64,000 nt of DNA from Candidatus Latescibacterota bacterium (GCA_965116885.1 OZ220741.1:4192001-4256000); one strand, 5' to 3'; shown: positions 35,909 to 46,805, counted from the stretch's first letter. The notes: generated by a model not told the origin, from the sequence alone. A program made the numbers and translations.

Positions 35909-38137
35909 ATGGAATCAAATTTTCGTGGCAAGATAGGCATCTCCTACAAGGATTCGGAACCAGATTGGCTTTCTCCTCCATCGTCAGACGGCGCTCCAAA
36001 CGTCCTTGTGATTCTTCTGGATGATACCGGATTCGGCAATCTGGGTTGTTATGGTTCGACCATTGAAACACCAAACATGGACGCCCTCGCAGCAAACGGG
36101 TTGCGGTACAACAATTTTCATGTCACGCCCCTGTGTTCCCCGACCCGAGCGTCGCTGTTGACAGGCCGTAACCACCATGCCGTTGGTATGTCCACCATTG
36201 TCGATGGTGGTGATGCTGGGTTTCCCAACCGACGGAGTCGCGTTAGTCGGCACGCAGCTACCCTGGCAGAGATGCTGAGCGAAGAAGGCTTCGCCACCTT
36301 TGCGCTCGGCAAATGGCATCTCAACCCCAGCACACAGAACTCGGCTGGGGGATCTCACGCCGAATGGCCATTGCAACGCGGGTTCGATCGCTTCTACGGA
36401 TTCTTACCCGGTGCAACCGATCAGTTTTATCCAGAACTGACCTATGACAACCACCCTGTATCGCCCCCAAAAACGCCTGAAGAAGGTTATCACCTCACAG
36501 AGGATCTGGTAGATCACGCCATCGAGTTTGTCAATGACCTCAAGGCCATGCGTCCCGAAACACCGTTCTTCATGTACTTTGCACCCGGTGCTATGCATAA
36601 CCCACATCAAGCACCGAAAGAATACATCGAAAAATACCGCGGTCGTTTTGACGAGGGATGGGACGTCATCCGTGAGCGCTATTTCCAAAAGCAAATCGAA
36701 CTTGGGATTATTCCCGAAGACACTCGCCTGCCACCCAGGAATCCCGGAGTACAACCGTGGGAAACACTGAGCCAGAATGAGAAAAATTTCGTGTGTCGAT
36801 TGCAAGAGACCTGGGCAGGTTTCCTTGAGCATACGGATGCACAAATCGGACGACTGATCGAACATCTGCGCGCTATTGATCAACTGGATAATACACTCCT
36901 GATACTCACCGCCGACAACGGCACCAGCCAAAACGGCGGTCCTTATGGTGTTATGAACATCGGACCCAGCCCTCTCCGAAATGCCACAAACGATGGGCAG
37001 ACTGTAGGCGGGAAAACCGGTCGCGCTTTACCAGAAGAAGACTTTGATGCCATACAGGAAAAACTGGATGACATCGGGAGCCCGCACAGCTACACCGATA
37101 TCCCCTGGGGTTGGGCTCAGGTGGGCAACACACCCTTGCCATGGTACAAGCAGGATACACATGCGGGCGGTGTACGGGTGCCGATGATTATTCATTATCC
37201 ACCATCCATAAAAGATGCTGGCGGTGTAAGGGGGCAGTTCCACTTCGTTTCAGATCTCACACCAACAATACTTGAAGTACTCAATTTACAACCTCGGTCG
37301 TGCTACCGTGGATACGATCAGATGCCTATTACGGGAACGAGCATGGCCTACACTTTTGACGACAGAGATTGCCCTACGCAAAAACCAGTTCAGTATTTTG
37401 AAATGATGGGCAACCGTGCGCTCTGGCTCGACGGCTGGATGGCCGTTACCAGACACGACCCAGACGACGATTACAATGATGACGAATGGGAATTGTATTA
37501 TCTTGATGAAGATTTCTCGCAATCCAATAACCTCGCAAAGGCCGAGCCAGATCAACTGAAAAAGCTGATCGAAAGATGGTGGGTAGAAGCCGGACGCTAT
37601 GGCGTCTTGCCTCTGCGCTCTGGGCTACCACCGCGCCCCACCACTGCGGAACCCGATTCGCTGACGTATCATTTTGTTCCGCCAATGGCTCGCATTGCAT
37701 CAAAACAATCGCCCACACTGGAACAGGGAAACTGGTCATTAACTGCCGAAGTTGAGATCCTGCCAGAAACCGAAGGCGTCATCTATGCCCAGGGAAAATC
37801 CCTCGATGGATTTTCTTTGTTCATACAGAATGGCACACTGTGCTTTGTGTATAACGCGCTGGGTCAAACAATCTCAGGTCGTTCCACAACGACGCTTCCC
37901 AATGGTCGTATTACCGTGGGCGCTGCGTTCAAACCAGCCGACGATGGCACGGGAACCATCACGCTCACGGGAGATGGCGAGACAATCGGTTCGATCCAAA
38001 TTCCAGACGCCACACGCAGGTCAAAGATGCGCGGTGTAGAAGTCGGTCGCAACCGACATTCACCCATCGCGGGCGTTTCACCTTTTGAATTCACTGGCGT
38101 TATCCATTTTGTAGATATATGCGTAGAACTCAGGTGA
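35909..38137 (+). CDS. Arylsulfatase (AtsA-like, with C-terminal beta domain)
   Basis: 'LDDTG', 'CSPTRASLLTG', 'GKWHL', 'DNG'. Confidence 0.92.
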   Translation: MESNFRGKIGISYKDSEPDWLSPPSSDGAPNVLVILLDDTGFGNLGCYGSTIETPNMDALAANGLRYNNFHVTPLCSPTRASLLTGRNHHAVGMSTIVDGGDAGFPNRRSRVSRHAATLAEMLSEEGFATFALGKWHLNPSTQNSAGGSHAEWPLQRGFDRFYGFLPGATDQFYPELTYDNHPVSPPKTPEEGYHLTEDLVDHAIEFVNDLKAMRPETPFFMYFAPGAMHNPHQAPKEYIEKYRGRFDEGWDVIRERYFQKQIELGIIPEDTRLPPRNPGVQPWETLSQNEKNFVCRLQETWAGFLEHTDAQIGRLIEHLRAIDQLDNTLLILTADNGTSQNGGPYGVMNIGPSPLRNATNDGQTVGGKTGRALPEEDFDAIQEKLDDIGSPHSYTDIPWGWAQVGNTPLPWYKQDTHAGGVRVPMIIHYPPSIKDAGGVRGQFHFVSDLTPTILEVLNLQPRSCYRGYDQMPITGTSMAYTFDDRDCPTQKPVQYFEMMGNRALWLDGWMAVTRHDPDDDYNDDEWELYYLDEDFSQSNNLAKAEPDQLKKLIERWWVEAGRYGVLPLRSGLPPRPTTAEPDSLTYHFVPPMARIASKQSPTLEQGNWSLTAEVEILPETEGVIYAQGKSLDGFSLFIQNGTLCFVYNALGQTISGRSTTTLPNGRITVGAAFKPADDGTGTITLTGDGETIGSIQIPDATRRSKMRGVEVGRNRHSPIAGVSPFEFTGVIHFVDICVELR

Positions 38138-38159
38138 GGAACTAATCGGGGAATGATAT

Positions 38160-40403
38160 ATGGAACATGACAGGCATTTCAATGGGACCATCGGTCGGAC
38201 CTTTGAAGACTCAACTGCATCATGGATCACGAAACCGACTGAGTTAAAACAGTCGCCCAACATCGTGATGATTGTGTTAGACGATGTCGGGTATTCACAA
38301 TTGGGCTGTTATGGTTCTGACATTGATACACCTGCGCTGGACAGTTTGGCAAAAGATGGCTTGCGATATGCCAATTTCCATGTAACCCCACTGTGTTCCC
38401 CTACCCGCACTTGCTTGTTGACGGGTCGAAACCATCATAGTGTCGGTATGGGCCGCGTGACTGAGATGAACAACGGCTTTCCCAATACACGCGGTTTTAT
38501 TTCCAAAGAAGCCGCCAATCTGGCTGAACTATTGCGACCCCATGGCTATCAGACCCTCGCCGCAGGCAAATGGCACTTGAATGCCATCGATGACACGAGT
38601 CCGGCAGGGTCCTATGATCACTGGCCTTTACAACGTGGCTTTGACCGCTTCTATGGTTTCCTGGCTGGCGAGACCAACCAGTGGCATCCCGAACTCGTCA
38701 TGGGCAACGAGCGCATTGAACAGCCACCCACCGAGGACTATCACCTGTCGGAAGATATCGTCGACCAATCTTGCAAATGGCTTCGGCAGTTGGTTTCGGC
38801 AGACCCCGACAAACCCTTCTTTCTGTACCTGGCATTTGCGGCTGGTCATTCACCCCACCACGTGCCACGAGAATTTGCAGACAAATACAAAGGTCGGTTT
38901 GACGATGGCTGGGATGTTGCGCGTGACAAAACCCTAATTCGCCAGAAAGCATCCGGTCTGTTGCCTGATGATCAACGTCTCGCCTCGCGGAATGATGGTG
39001 TACAACCCTGGGACGAACTGAGCGCAGATGAGCAACGCCTTGCATCCAGGTTCGAGGAAGTCTTCGCTGGCTTCATGGAACACACCGATGCTCAAATCGC
39101 CTGTTTGCTTGCCCAGTTGGATGCACTCGGTAAACGCGACGACACCATTGTGATCGCCCTTTCTGACAATGGCGCAGCATCTCTGGGTGGTCCTCATGGT
39201 AGCTACCATCATCTGCGTTCTCGCATAGGAGATCCACCCACAGTTGAGGAAAATCTCGCCCACATTGATGACCTCGGCGGTCCTCTAAGCTATCCCATTT
39301 ATCCTTCCGGCTGGGCGATGGCGGGCAACACGCCGTTCAAACGCTATAAAGGGAATACCTATGCAGGCGGTGTCCGCGCACCGCTGCTCATCCGTTGGCC
39401 AGCGGGTATCCAGGCCAAAGGCGAAACGCGGCGACAGTTTTATCATGTGGTGGATATAACCCCGACCCTGTTAGACCTTCTGGGGCTGGATCTGCCCAAT
39501 CAGGTGAATGGCATAGAACAAATCCCTTTGCATGGTACGTCGATGGCTCACACACTGAATGACAATACGGCGGATACCCGAAAAAAAATCCAGTATTTCG
39601 AAACGACTGGTCAAAGAGCGATCTGGCACGAAGGCTGGAAAGCCGTGACCTTCCACACCAGAGGCACCGACTTCGATACAGACGAATGGGAGCTTTATCA
39701 TTTGGATCAGGACCTGGCCGAGATAGACAACCTGGCAGATCAGCACCCTGAAAAATTAAGAGAAATGATCGACCTCTGGTGGCGTGAAGCGGAGCAATAC
39801 GGCGTCTTACCTCTGGATGATATAGGTGGCAGAAATGGTGTGGGCTGGTGGCCTGAACCCAAGGATCGCTGGGTATTATACCAGGATGCGGTACTGCCCC
39901 ACCATTTTAAATCCGGCCCAAGAGTGCTCGGTCTCTCACATCGCATTACCGCACGCATTGAACGTAAATCAACGGACGTCGAAGGTACTATTGTCGCCGA
40001 TGGTGGTCGATTTGGTGGCTGGAGCTTATTCATCCACGACAATCGCCTGCACTATACAAACAACCACTCCGGCGATCAAAAACGCATCTCTTCATCAGTG
40101 ACAATTCCACCGGGCAATGTAACACTTCGTCTTGATGTGGTGAAAACCGGAGAAGATGAAGGGCATGCACGTTTCTTCGTAAATGACCAGCCTGCGGGCG
40201 AAGGTCTTACATCACCATTTCGCCAATATAACTTTGTCAACGAACCCTTTGAAGTGGGGCGAGATAGCCAGACACCCGTTGACGATCACTACAACGCCCC
40301 GTTTGTATTCTCAGGCCAAATCGTCAATGTGGTGATCGAGGCCGTAGGTGAAGAGATCGCGGATCAAAATACCCTGCTTGAAGAACTGATGAGTAGTCAA
40401 TAG
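38160..40403 (+). CDS. Arylsulfatase (paralog of the preceding gene)
   Basis: 'LDDVG', 'CSPTRTCLLTG', 'GKWHL', 'SDNG'. Confidence 0.92.
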   Translation: MEHDRHFNGTIGRTFEDSTASWITKPTELKQSPNIVMIVLDDVGYSQLGCYGSDIDTPALDSLAKDGLRYANFHVTPLCSPTRTCLLTGRNHHSVGMGRVTEMNNGFPNTRGFISKEAANLAELLRPHGYQTLAAGKWHLNAIDDTSPAGSYDHWPLQRGFDRFYGFLAGETNQWHPELVMGNERIEQPPTEDYHLSEDIVDQSCKWLRQLVSADPDKPFFLYLAFAAGHSPHHVPREFADKYKGRFDDGWDVARDKTLIRQKASGLLPDDQRLASRNDGVQPWDELSADEQRLASRFEEVFAGFMEHTDAQIACLLAQLDALGKRDDTIVIALSDNGAASLGGPHGSYHHLRSRIGDPPTVEENLAHIDDLGGPLSYPIYPSGWAMAGNTPFKRYKGNTYAGGVRAPLLIRWPAGIQAKGETRRQFYHVVDITPTLLDLLGLDLPNQVNGIEQIPLHGTSMAHTLNDNTADTRKKIQYFETTGQRAIWHEGWKAVTFHTRGTDFDTDEWELYHLDQDLAEIDNLADQHPEKLREMIDLWWREAEQYGVLPLDDIGGRNGVGWWPEPKDRWVLYQDAVLPHHFKSGPRVLGLSHRITARIERKSTDVEGTIVADGGRFGGWSLFIHDNRLHYTNNHSGDQKRISSSVTIPPGNVTLRLDVVKTGEDEGHARFFVNDQPAGEGLTSPFRQYNFVNEPFEVGRDSQTPVDDHYNAPFVFSGQIVNVVIEAVGEEIADQNTLLEELMSSQ

Positions 40404-40466
40404 GAGCACGCAAAACATGAACACAGAATCAAATGTCTGTAACCTATGACGAGAAACGAGGATTGA

Positions 40467-41141
40467 ATGATCTATACCATCCGCACATTTCACGTTCACC
40501 GCAAAGACTACGCCGAATTTGTTCGCTTTAGCGAAGAACAGATCTGGCCAGCCATCGAAAAAAAAGGAGCGCGTGCACTCGGCCTCTGGGTCGTTGCCAT
40601 AGGTGGCCCCGAACGCATCTTTCTCATGACGCGATACGAAAGCCATGGTCATTGGGAAGAAACCCGAAACTGGGACAATCTCGCCAATGAAGGCAGTGGA
40701 CGTGCCGCACTCGTACACGAAACCGAATGTATTTCCCTCTTGCCCCTCACGCAAAGACAGCCCGATAGCGACGCCCCCGAAAAAGAGCCTGGTATTTATA
40801 CGCTGCGCTCATTCAAAGTTGCACCCACCGACGTTTCGCGTTTTGTTGACCTATCAGAAAATCAGTGGTGGCCCTGGGTCACCCGAGGCGAAGGTGTGCG
40901 CCCCATTGGCCAATGGATAACCAAATCAGCACCCGAAGACCGCATCTACATGATGACGCGATACGACAGCCTGTATCATTGGGAAGGCCATCACAGCAAT
41001 GTCGGCACCATCGCACAACCCGATGATCCCGAAATGGGCAAAGTCTGGGAAATCGGCCAAAAAGCCATTCAAGAGCGCAAAAAAATCACCATCGATACCA
41101 ACGTCAAAGTTCTGCGTCCCATCACCAGCAGAAGACCATAA
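40467..41141 (+). CDS. NIPSNAP family protein, two domains
   Basis: Duplicated 'IYT(I/L)R.F...(M/L)MTRY.S..HWE' unit. Confidence 0.8.
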   Translation: MIYTIRTFHVHRKDYAEFVRFSEEQIWPAIEKKGARALGLWVVAIGGPERIFLMTRYESHGHWEETRNWDNLANEGSGRAALVHETECISLLPLTQRQPDSDAPEKEPGIYTLRSFKVAPTDVSRFVDLSENQWWPWVTRGEGVRPIGQWITKSAPEDRIYMMTRYDSLYHWEGHHSNVGTIAQPDDPEMGKVWEIGQKAIQERKKITIDTNVKVLRPITSRRP

Positions 41142-41153
41142 AAGGAGACCCCA

Positions 41154-42827
41154 ATGCCCCAAATGACAGGTGCACGATTTCTCGCAGAAACCGTGCATGG
41201 CCACGGAATAGACACCGTCTTTTTTATGCCCTACATCGCACCCCGAGCATTGATGGAAATGGAAAATCTCGGCATGAAGCGCGTGCAAACCCACGGAGAA
41301 AAAGCCGCCGCGTACATGGCCGATGCGTATGCGCGCGTCAGACGCGGTCCAGGTCTTTGTATGGCCCAATCCGTTGGTGCCGTTAACCTCGCTGCTGGTC
41401 TTCAAGACGCCTATCTTGCCTGCTCGCCAGTTATCGCAATCACAGGCAAAGAAAGCCATGTCAATCAGCTCCGCCATGCCTATCAGGAAGTTGATCACCG
41501 AAACCCGTTTGATGCAGTTACAAAATACACCGCTGATGTCCACGCTGTCGATCTGTTGCCCGTGTATTTGCGGCAGGCTTTTCGATCAGCCACCACAGGC
41601 ACACCCGGTCCCGCACATCTCGATCTGCAAGGTCTAGCCGGTCAAGTCGTCGTTGAAGCCGAAGCCGATTTTGAAGTCGTCATCGAATCTGCCTTTTCCC
41701 AGATTCCACCTTTTCGCCCGACTGCCGAACCCGAATTGATCACCGAAGCCCTCAGCCTTCTTTCTCAAGCCAAAAAGCCGATCATCCTGGCCGGTGGGGG
41801 TGTGACCACATCCGATGCCAGCGCCGAACTCATCGCCCTTGCCGAGAAGCTTTCTATCCCCGTTGCCACATCCCTCAATGCCAAAGCCATGTTTCCCGCC
41901 GATCACGAACTCGCTATCGGCACACCCGGTTCATACTCACGCGCCTGTGCCAATCAGGCCATGTTTGAAACCGATCTGGTTTTCTTCATCGGCAGTCATA
42001 CGGGCGGGCAGGTTACCAATGGGTATAAAGTGCCGCCACAAGGTACGCCCATCATTCAACTCGACATCAATGCCGAAGAATTGGGTCGCAACTATCCCCT
42101 CGCCCTCGGCCTTCAAGGCGACGTGCGAAACACATTGCGCCTCATGATTGATCAGGCCAGCAAAGCAGAGCCTCGCACCCAATGGATCGCCCGCATCCAC
42201 GAACTCGTCAACGCATGGAAAGAAGACATGGCCAAACATGTCAACTCCGACACCGAACCCATGCGTCCCGAACGCCTCTGCAAAGAACTGTCTGACTTTC
42301 TTCCTTCCGATGCCATACTCGTCTCCGACACAGGACACTCCGGCATCTGGACCGGCACCATGCTCGACTTCAAATATCCCACACAATCTTATATCCGCTG
42401 TTCTGGTTCACTCGGCTGGGGTTTCCCCGCAGCCCTCGGTGCCAAATGCGCCGCACCAGACCGTCCCGTCATTTGCTTCACTGGCGATGGGGGCATCTGG
42501 TATCACATGACCGAACTCGACACCGCCATGAAATCCGAAATCAACACCGTCACCGTCATCAACAACAACCATTCGCTGAACCAGGAACAAGGTGGTGTAG
42601 AACGCACCTATGGCGGTCGTACCAAAGGCTCTGACGAACTCTGGCTCTTCCCAGACGCAGACTTTGCCAAAATGGCCGAAGCCATGGGATGCTTTGGCAT
42701 CACCGTCAACAAAATCAGCGAGTTGCAAAGTGCTCTTGAGCAAGCCCTCAACGCAGGCAAACCCGCCGTCGTCGATGTCAAAACCCATCTCGAAGGCATT
42801 GCTGCAAAAGCCTGGATGCCAGCCTAA
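41154..42827 (+). CDS. Thiamine diphosphate-dependent enzyme (acetolactate synthase superfamily)
   Basis: 'EKAAAYMADAYAR', 'GPAHLD', 'GDGG...NN' ThDP motif. Confidence 0.9.
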   Translation: MPQMTGARFLAETVHGHGIDTVFFMPYIAPRALMEMENLGMKRVQTHGEKAAAYMADAYARVRRGPGLCMAQSVGAVNLAAGLQDAYLACSPVIAITGKESHVNQLRHAYQEVDHRNPFDAVTKYTADVHAVDLLPVYLRQAFRSATTGTPGPAHLDLQGLAGQVVVEAEADFEVVIESAFSQIPPFRPTAEPELITEALSLLSQAKKPIILAGGGVTTSDASAELIALAEKLSIPVATSLNAKAMFPADHELAIGTPGSYSRACANQAMFETDLVFFIGSHTGGQVTNGYKVPPQGTPIIQLDINAEELGRNYPLALGLQGDVRNTLRLMIDQASKAEPRTQWIARIHELVNAWKEDMAKHVNSDTEPMRPERLCKELSDFLPSDAILVSDTGHSGIWTGTMLDFKYPTQSYIRCSGSLGWGFPAALGAKCAAPDRPVICFTGDGGIWYHMTELDTAMKSEINTVTVINNNHSLNQEQGGVERTYGGRTKGSDELWLFPDADFAKMAEAMGCFGITVNKISELQSALEQALNAGKPAVVDVKTHLEGIAAKAWMPA

Positions 42828-42882
42828 CAGGATATAAGATCGCAGAAAATCACTTCAACATCATTTTTTTGGAGGAGCAACA

Positions 42883-43629
42883 ATGTCAATTGAGCAATTA
42901 CAAGAAAATGGCCTAACCGGTCCTTTTGAGTTGGCAGACAAATCCCTCGTCGATGCCGTATGTGAGGTCGGGATAGAACTACAAGCGCTACAACGCCAGG
43001 AAAATATCGTGCGCCAGTTGGCAGGACAAGAACCCCAATTTAGAACGAAGATCGATAGACACATGGAATTCAAAGTGATGAGAGACCTCTGTCTCGATGA
43101 CAATGTGAAGTCCGTGGTGTCCGAACATTTCGGCAATGATCTTTTTATCTGGGGTAGCGTCTTTCAATTGAAATCTAAAGGCGTGTCAGAAAATATATGG
43201 CACCACGATCGCGCATACGAAAATGACCGCGATCAAGTCAATCTCTATGACACCAGCAATCACTTCTCTATTCTGTTCGCGCTGACCGACATTGGGTACG
43301 GTGCTGGCCGCATCGAATATGTGAAGGGATCTCATCAACCCATTGATGGATGGAACAGAGATATGCGATTTGTAAAAGAAGTGCCAGAACTCGTCCATGA
43401 TAGGATCGGCACACTCACAATGGAAAGAGGCCAGTTCACGGTGTTTCATTCTCAAATCATGCATCGCAGCCTGCCTTTTGAGTATGGCGAGCCAAGAATC
43501 TCATTGGCTGTAAGACTCGCGAGGAAGGGCACACAAATCCCCGATTATTATCCACAAAATCCAAATCCAGCCGCAGAAACACAAGGAATCGCCCGTTTCA
43601 ATCCGTCGGCAACATTTGATTTTAATTAG
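42883..43629 (+). CDS. PhyH family Fe(II)/2OG oxygenase
   Basis: 'WHHD', 'GSH', 'MHRS', 'RIS'. Confidence 0.85.
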   Translation: MSIEQLQENGLTGPFELADKSLVDAVCEVGIELQALQRQENIVRQLAGQEPQFRTKIDRHMEFKVMRDLCLDDNVKSVVSEHFGNDLFIWGSVFQLKSKGVSENIWHHDRAYENDRDQVNLYDTSNHFSILFALTDIGYGAGRIEYVKGSHQPIDGWNRDMRFVKEVPELVHDRIGTLTMERGQFTVFHSQIMHRSLPFEYGEPRISLAVRLARKGTQIPDYYPQNPNPAAETQGIARFNPSATFDFN

Positions 43630-43686
43630 AACCAGCCTCAAGCGCTGAAACCCATGAAATGGGTTATCGTCATCTAAACCAGAAAG

Positions 43687-44841
43687 ATGTCCGTTATGAA
43701 ACACACACGCTCAGACGGTCCAACCGAACTCACCCGCGAGCAAAAACGCGCTTTCTATCGAGATGGGTACATCATCCTCAAAAACATCGTGCCCAAAGAA
43801 CTGACCCAACGTGCCCGGCGGCTGGTCAACATCACCGCAGGTAAAATCCTGAACGGCACAATGGATCCGCCCAAAAGAAGAAACCGTTATGTCGGCAGTG
43901 AAGACGCCATCACAGACCTCATTAATAAAACAGCACTGACCGACATCCTCACCAACACGATGGGGCCATTCGATCCTCCGACACGCGGCTTTTCACCGGT
44001 CCTGTATCCGCGCGAGCCATCCAGAGAAATCGGCAACCACGGTCTGCCCGACGATGAAGTGCCCAATCACGCCTTCTTCCCGCACATTGATGGCCAGTGG
44101 TCTGGAGCCATTCCCAAAACAGCGGACGAAGTAGATGATTGGCACGTGCCCAAAACACCACACTTTGGCGATCGCAGTGCCAATGTGCTCGGGGTAAACG
44201 GTACGCCTTTGTTTCAGAATCCAGATTGCACGCTCTCTCTCGGCAGTTTTACCTGCTTTGCCGTTGTTGTCCTCAGCGATCAATCCAAATTTGGCTATGG
44301 CAACTTTGCCGTCCTTCGGGGTGCTCATCATCACACGGCTGAGTTCTTTCGGCGACAACGCACCGAGGGTGGCGTCATCGGCCCCGAAGGCCATGGTTGG
44401 CCGCGTTTGAAGCGCGTGGGTGACAAGGGTGTTGGTATCAATACGCTGCCAGAATGGATCGCCAATCATTATCGTGAGGGCGCGCAGTACACACCTGATG
44501 GCCTCATGTGGCCTGAGCCTACCCCTGTGCTCGCTGAAGAAGGCGATGCCGTTATTTCGGTTCACGGTATTCCTCATTGCGGTACCCGCAACGATTTGGG
44601 CGCAGACCCACGCATCAGTGCCTACTTTCGATTGCGTCGCCACCGTCCCGGTGGTGCAAAGGTAAGAGGAGACAGTGATCACCCGGACCGCGGTTGGGAA
44701 GGCGAATTTCTCGACTATCCCGAAGGTTATGATCCATGGCAAATTTCTATCGATAAACTGTGTGATCCCTGGAGTGAGTGGGATGGCATGCAGGAAGTCG
44801 TTGCTGAGGCACAAAATTCGGAAGATCAAAGCGATGCTTGA
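43687..44841 (+). CDS. PhyH-like Fe(II)/2OG oxygenase (divergent)
   Basis: 'FYRDGYIILKN', 'PHIDG', 'GAH', 'GDAVI..HGIPH...N....R'. Confidence 0.7.
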   Translation: MSVMKHTRSDGPTELTREQKRAFYRDGYIILKNIVPKELTQRARRLVNITAGKILNGTMDPPKRRNRYVGSEDAITDLINKTALTDILTNTMGPFDPPTRGFSPVLYPREPSREIGNHGLPDDEVPNHAFFPHIDGQWSGAIPKTADEVDDWHVPKTPHFGDRSANVLGVNGTPLFQNPDCTLSLGSFTCFAVVVLSDQSKFGYGNFAVLRGAHHHTAEFFRRQRTEGGVIGPEGHGWPRLKRVGDKGVGINTLPEWIANHYREGAQYTPDGLMWPEPTPVLAEEGDAVISVHGIPHCGTRNDLGADPRISAYFRLRRHRPGGAKVRGDSDHPDRGWEGEFLDYPEGYDPWQISIDKLCDPWSEWDGMQEVVAEAQNSEDQSDA

Positions 44842-46102
44842 ACTTGGCGTGATCGCAGATGATCTCACAGGTGGGATGATGGTCGCGAGTCTGCTCGAAA
44901 GAGAAGGCGTGCGTTGTCCACTGGTAACATCTGGTGATGCACTCAATACACTCGGCGACGATGCACAAGCTGTGGTCGTTGGCCGAAAACTCCTGATCCA
45001 ACCCCCTGACGATGCCCGTGCCGATGCAAAACGCACGGCTGAAGCGCTGCTCGCCAAAGGTACGAAACAGATATACTACAAATACAGTGCGCTCTTTTCA
45101 TCTACAGCACGTGGCAATATCGGGCCTGTGGCAGAAACGTTGATGGACTTGACCCAGGCCGACCACGTATTTTTTTGTCCCATCTGGAAAAACACAACAA
45201 TCTATCAGGGGCGGTTGTTTCTCGGGTCAATCATGCTGCACGAATCACCGAGACGCAATGATCCTGTAACACCGATGACCAATTCCAATCTTGTTGAAGT
45301 ACTACAGAAACAAAGTCAGGTCAAGGTTGGTCTTTTGCCATATCAAATTGTGGCGTCCGGAACAGACGCTTGCGAGAACTACATTTCAGAGCAGAAGGCC
45401 CTGGGCGTAAAGTTTTTTATTGTTGACGTGATTGATGAGTCGAATCTCGAGCAATTGGCAACACTGTCCAGGGATTTGCCGTTGAGCACTGGCGCAGACC
45501 TACTCCCTGTGATGCTTGCGCGCAACTGGCAGAGGGACAAAAAGAGCCAACCGAAAACATTACTGCCGCCTGCACCTGGTTGTGAAGCCGTTATTTCTGG
45601 GAGTTGCACGGGAAAATCAGTCCGGCAACTTGCGCATTTCGAGCAAACGCATCCGGTGTTTCGCATTGACCTTTTAGAAGCAGCTCAAGACGCCAACATG
45701 GTTGACCGCATTGTCGAATGGGCAAAAGACCGATTGGAAAAAGGGCCTGTAGGTGTGGGTACCTCAACGGATCCTGAAGGCGTAAAAAGAGCCCAGGCGG
45801 AACTCGGGCGAGAAGGCGCTGCAACACTTGCCGATAAGCTTCTGTCCAGTGTTGCCCAGCATTTCTATCAGCACGGTGTACGCAAATTTGTTGTGATGGG
45901 AGGAGAAACGTCAGGGGCCGTCATGGCATCTTTAGGTATAGAGCAAGTTTCGGTGGCGACATTCGACGTTCTCAACGGTGGTTATTGTCATAGTGCAGGG
46001 CGCGATCCATTGTCGTTGGTACTGAAAGCGGGCGGTGTTGGTGAAGACAACTTTATTCATACCGCCCTGGAGCAGATGCGTGAAGCAGACAAAAATCAAT
46101 AA
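44834..46102 (+). CDS. Four-carbon acid sugar kinase family (DUF1537, OtnK-like)
   Basis: 'LGVIADDLTG', 'GSC', 'GGETSG', 'LKAG'. Confidence 0.88.
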   Translation: MLELGVIADDLTGGMMVASLLEREGVRCPLVTSGDALNTLGDDAQAVVVGRKLLIQPPDDARADAKRTAEALLAKGTKQIYYKYSALFSSTARGNIGPVAETLMDLTQADHVFFCPIWKNTTIYQGRLFLGSIMLHESPRRNDPVTPMTNSNLVEVLQKQSQVKVGLLPYQIVASGTDACENYISEQKALGVKFFIVDVIDESNLEQLATLSRDLPLSTGADLLPVMLARNWQRDKKSQPKTLLPPAPGCEAVISGSCTGKSVRQLAHFEQTHPVFRIDLLEAAQDANMVDRIVEWAKDRLEKGPVGVGTSTDPEGVKRAQAELGREGAATLADKLLSSVAQHFYQHGVRKFVVMGGETSGAVMASLGIEQVSVATFDVLNGGYCHSAGRDPLSLVLKAGGVGEDNFIHTALEQMREADKNQ

Positions 46103-46112
46103 AGGAATACAT

Positions 46113-46772
46113 ATGGAAGATGATCCCGTTTATGAAATGGCCTTACGCGAGCAATTGGTTTTTTATTATAAAAAAGTTGGAGAGCTTGGCTTAAACGAAA
46201 TGTCCTCTGGCAATCTGAGCGTCCGATTTGGCGACAAAATGCTCATCTCTCCCAACCGTGCAACCGCAGACAATATTACCACAGAAACGATTGTCAAAGC
46301 CACCTTCGACGGTGAGTATGCAGGCGACCGCAAACCCTCTTCGGAATCGCCCATGCATGGTGCCATCTATAAAAAGCACCCCGAAGCCGGAGCAGTGGTT
46401 CACACCCACTCCGATTACTGCGTTGCGGTATCGTGCCATGTGATGACCCTACCGGGCTTTCACTACCTCATGGGGGTGTTCGGCGGTAACGATGTGCCCT
46501 GTGTCCCTTATTCCACATTTGGCAGCCAATCGCTTGCCGAAGACGCATCCGAAGCGCTCTATGACCGCACGGCGTGTCTCCTCGGAAACCACGGCATGGT
46601 CTGCCACGGACCAACCTTAAAACGCGCTGTCAACCAGGCCCATCGTCTGGAAATCATGTGCCGACAATACGTGCTTTCCCGTCAGCTTGGCGAACCAAAA
46701 TATCTGACCGATGACGATTGGTACGCGTTTCACAACAGAGGCGTGGAAAACCAATACGGCAAAAACGGTTAA
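46113..46772 (+). CDS. Class II aldolase/adducin family (FucA/OtnC-like)
   Basis: 'SGNLS', 'PSSE..MH', 'HTHS', 'NHG'. Confidence 0.9.
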   Translation: MEDDPVYEMALREQLVFYYKKVGELGLNEMSSGNLSVRFGDKMLISPNRATADNITTETIVKATFDGEYAGDRKPSSESPMHGAIYKKHPEAGAVVHTHSDYCVAVSCHVMTLPGFHYLMGVFGGNDVPCVPYSTFGSQSLAEDASEALYDRTACLLGNHGMVCHGPTLKRAVNQAHRLEIMCRQYVLSRQLGEPKYLTDDDWYAFHNRGVENQYGKNG

Positions 46773-46805
46773 TAGAGAACGCATCCGTTGTGTGTATCAC
46801 CAGCA

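Noticed and set aside
43993..45057. 354-aa minus-strand ORF
   Set aside because: Antisense to two well-supported genes; no recognisable motif.
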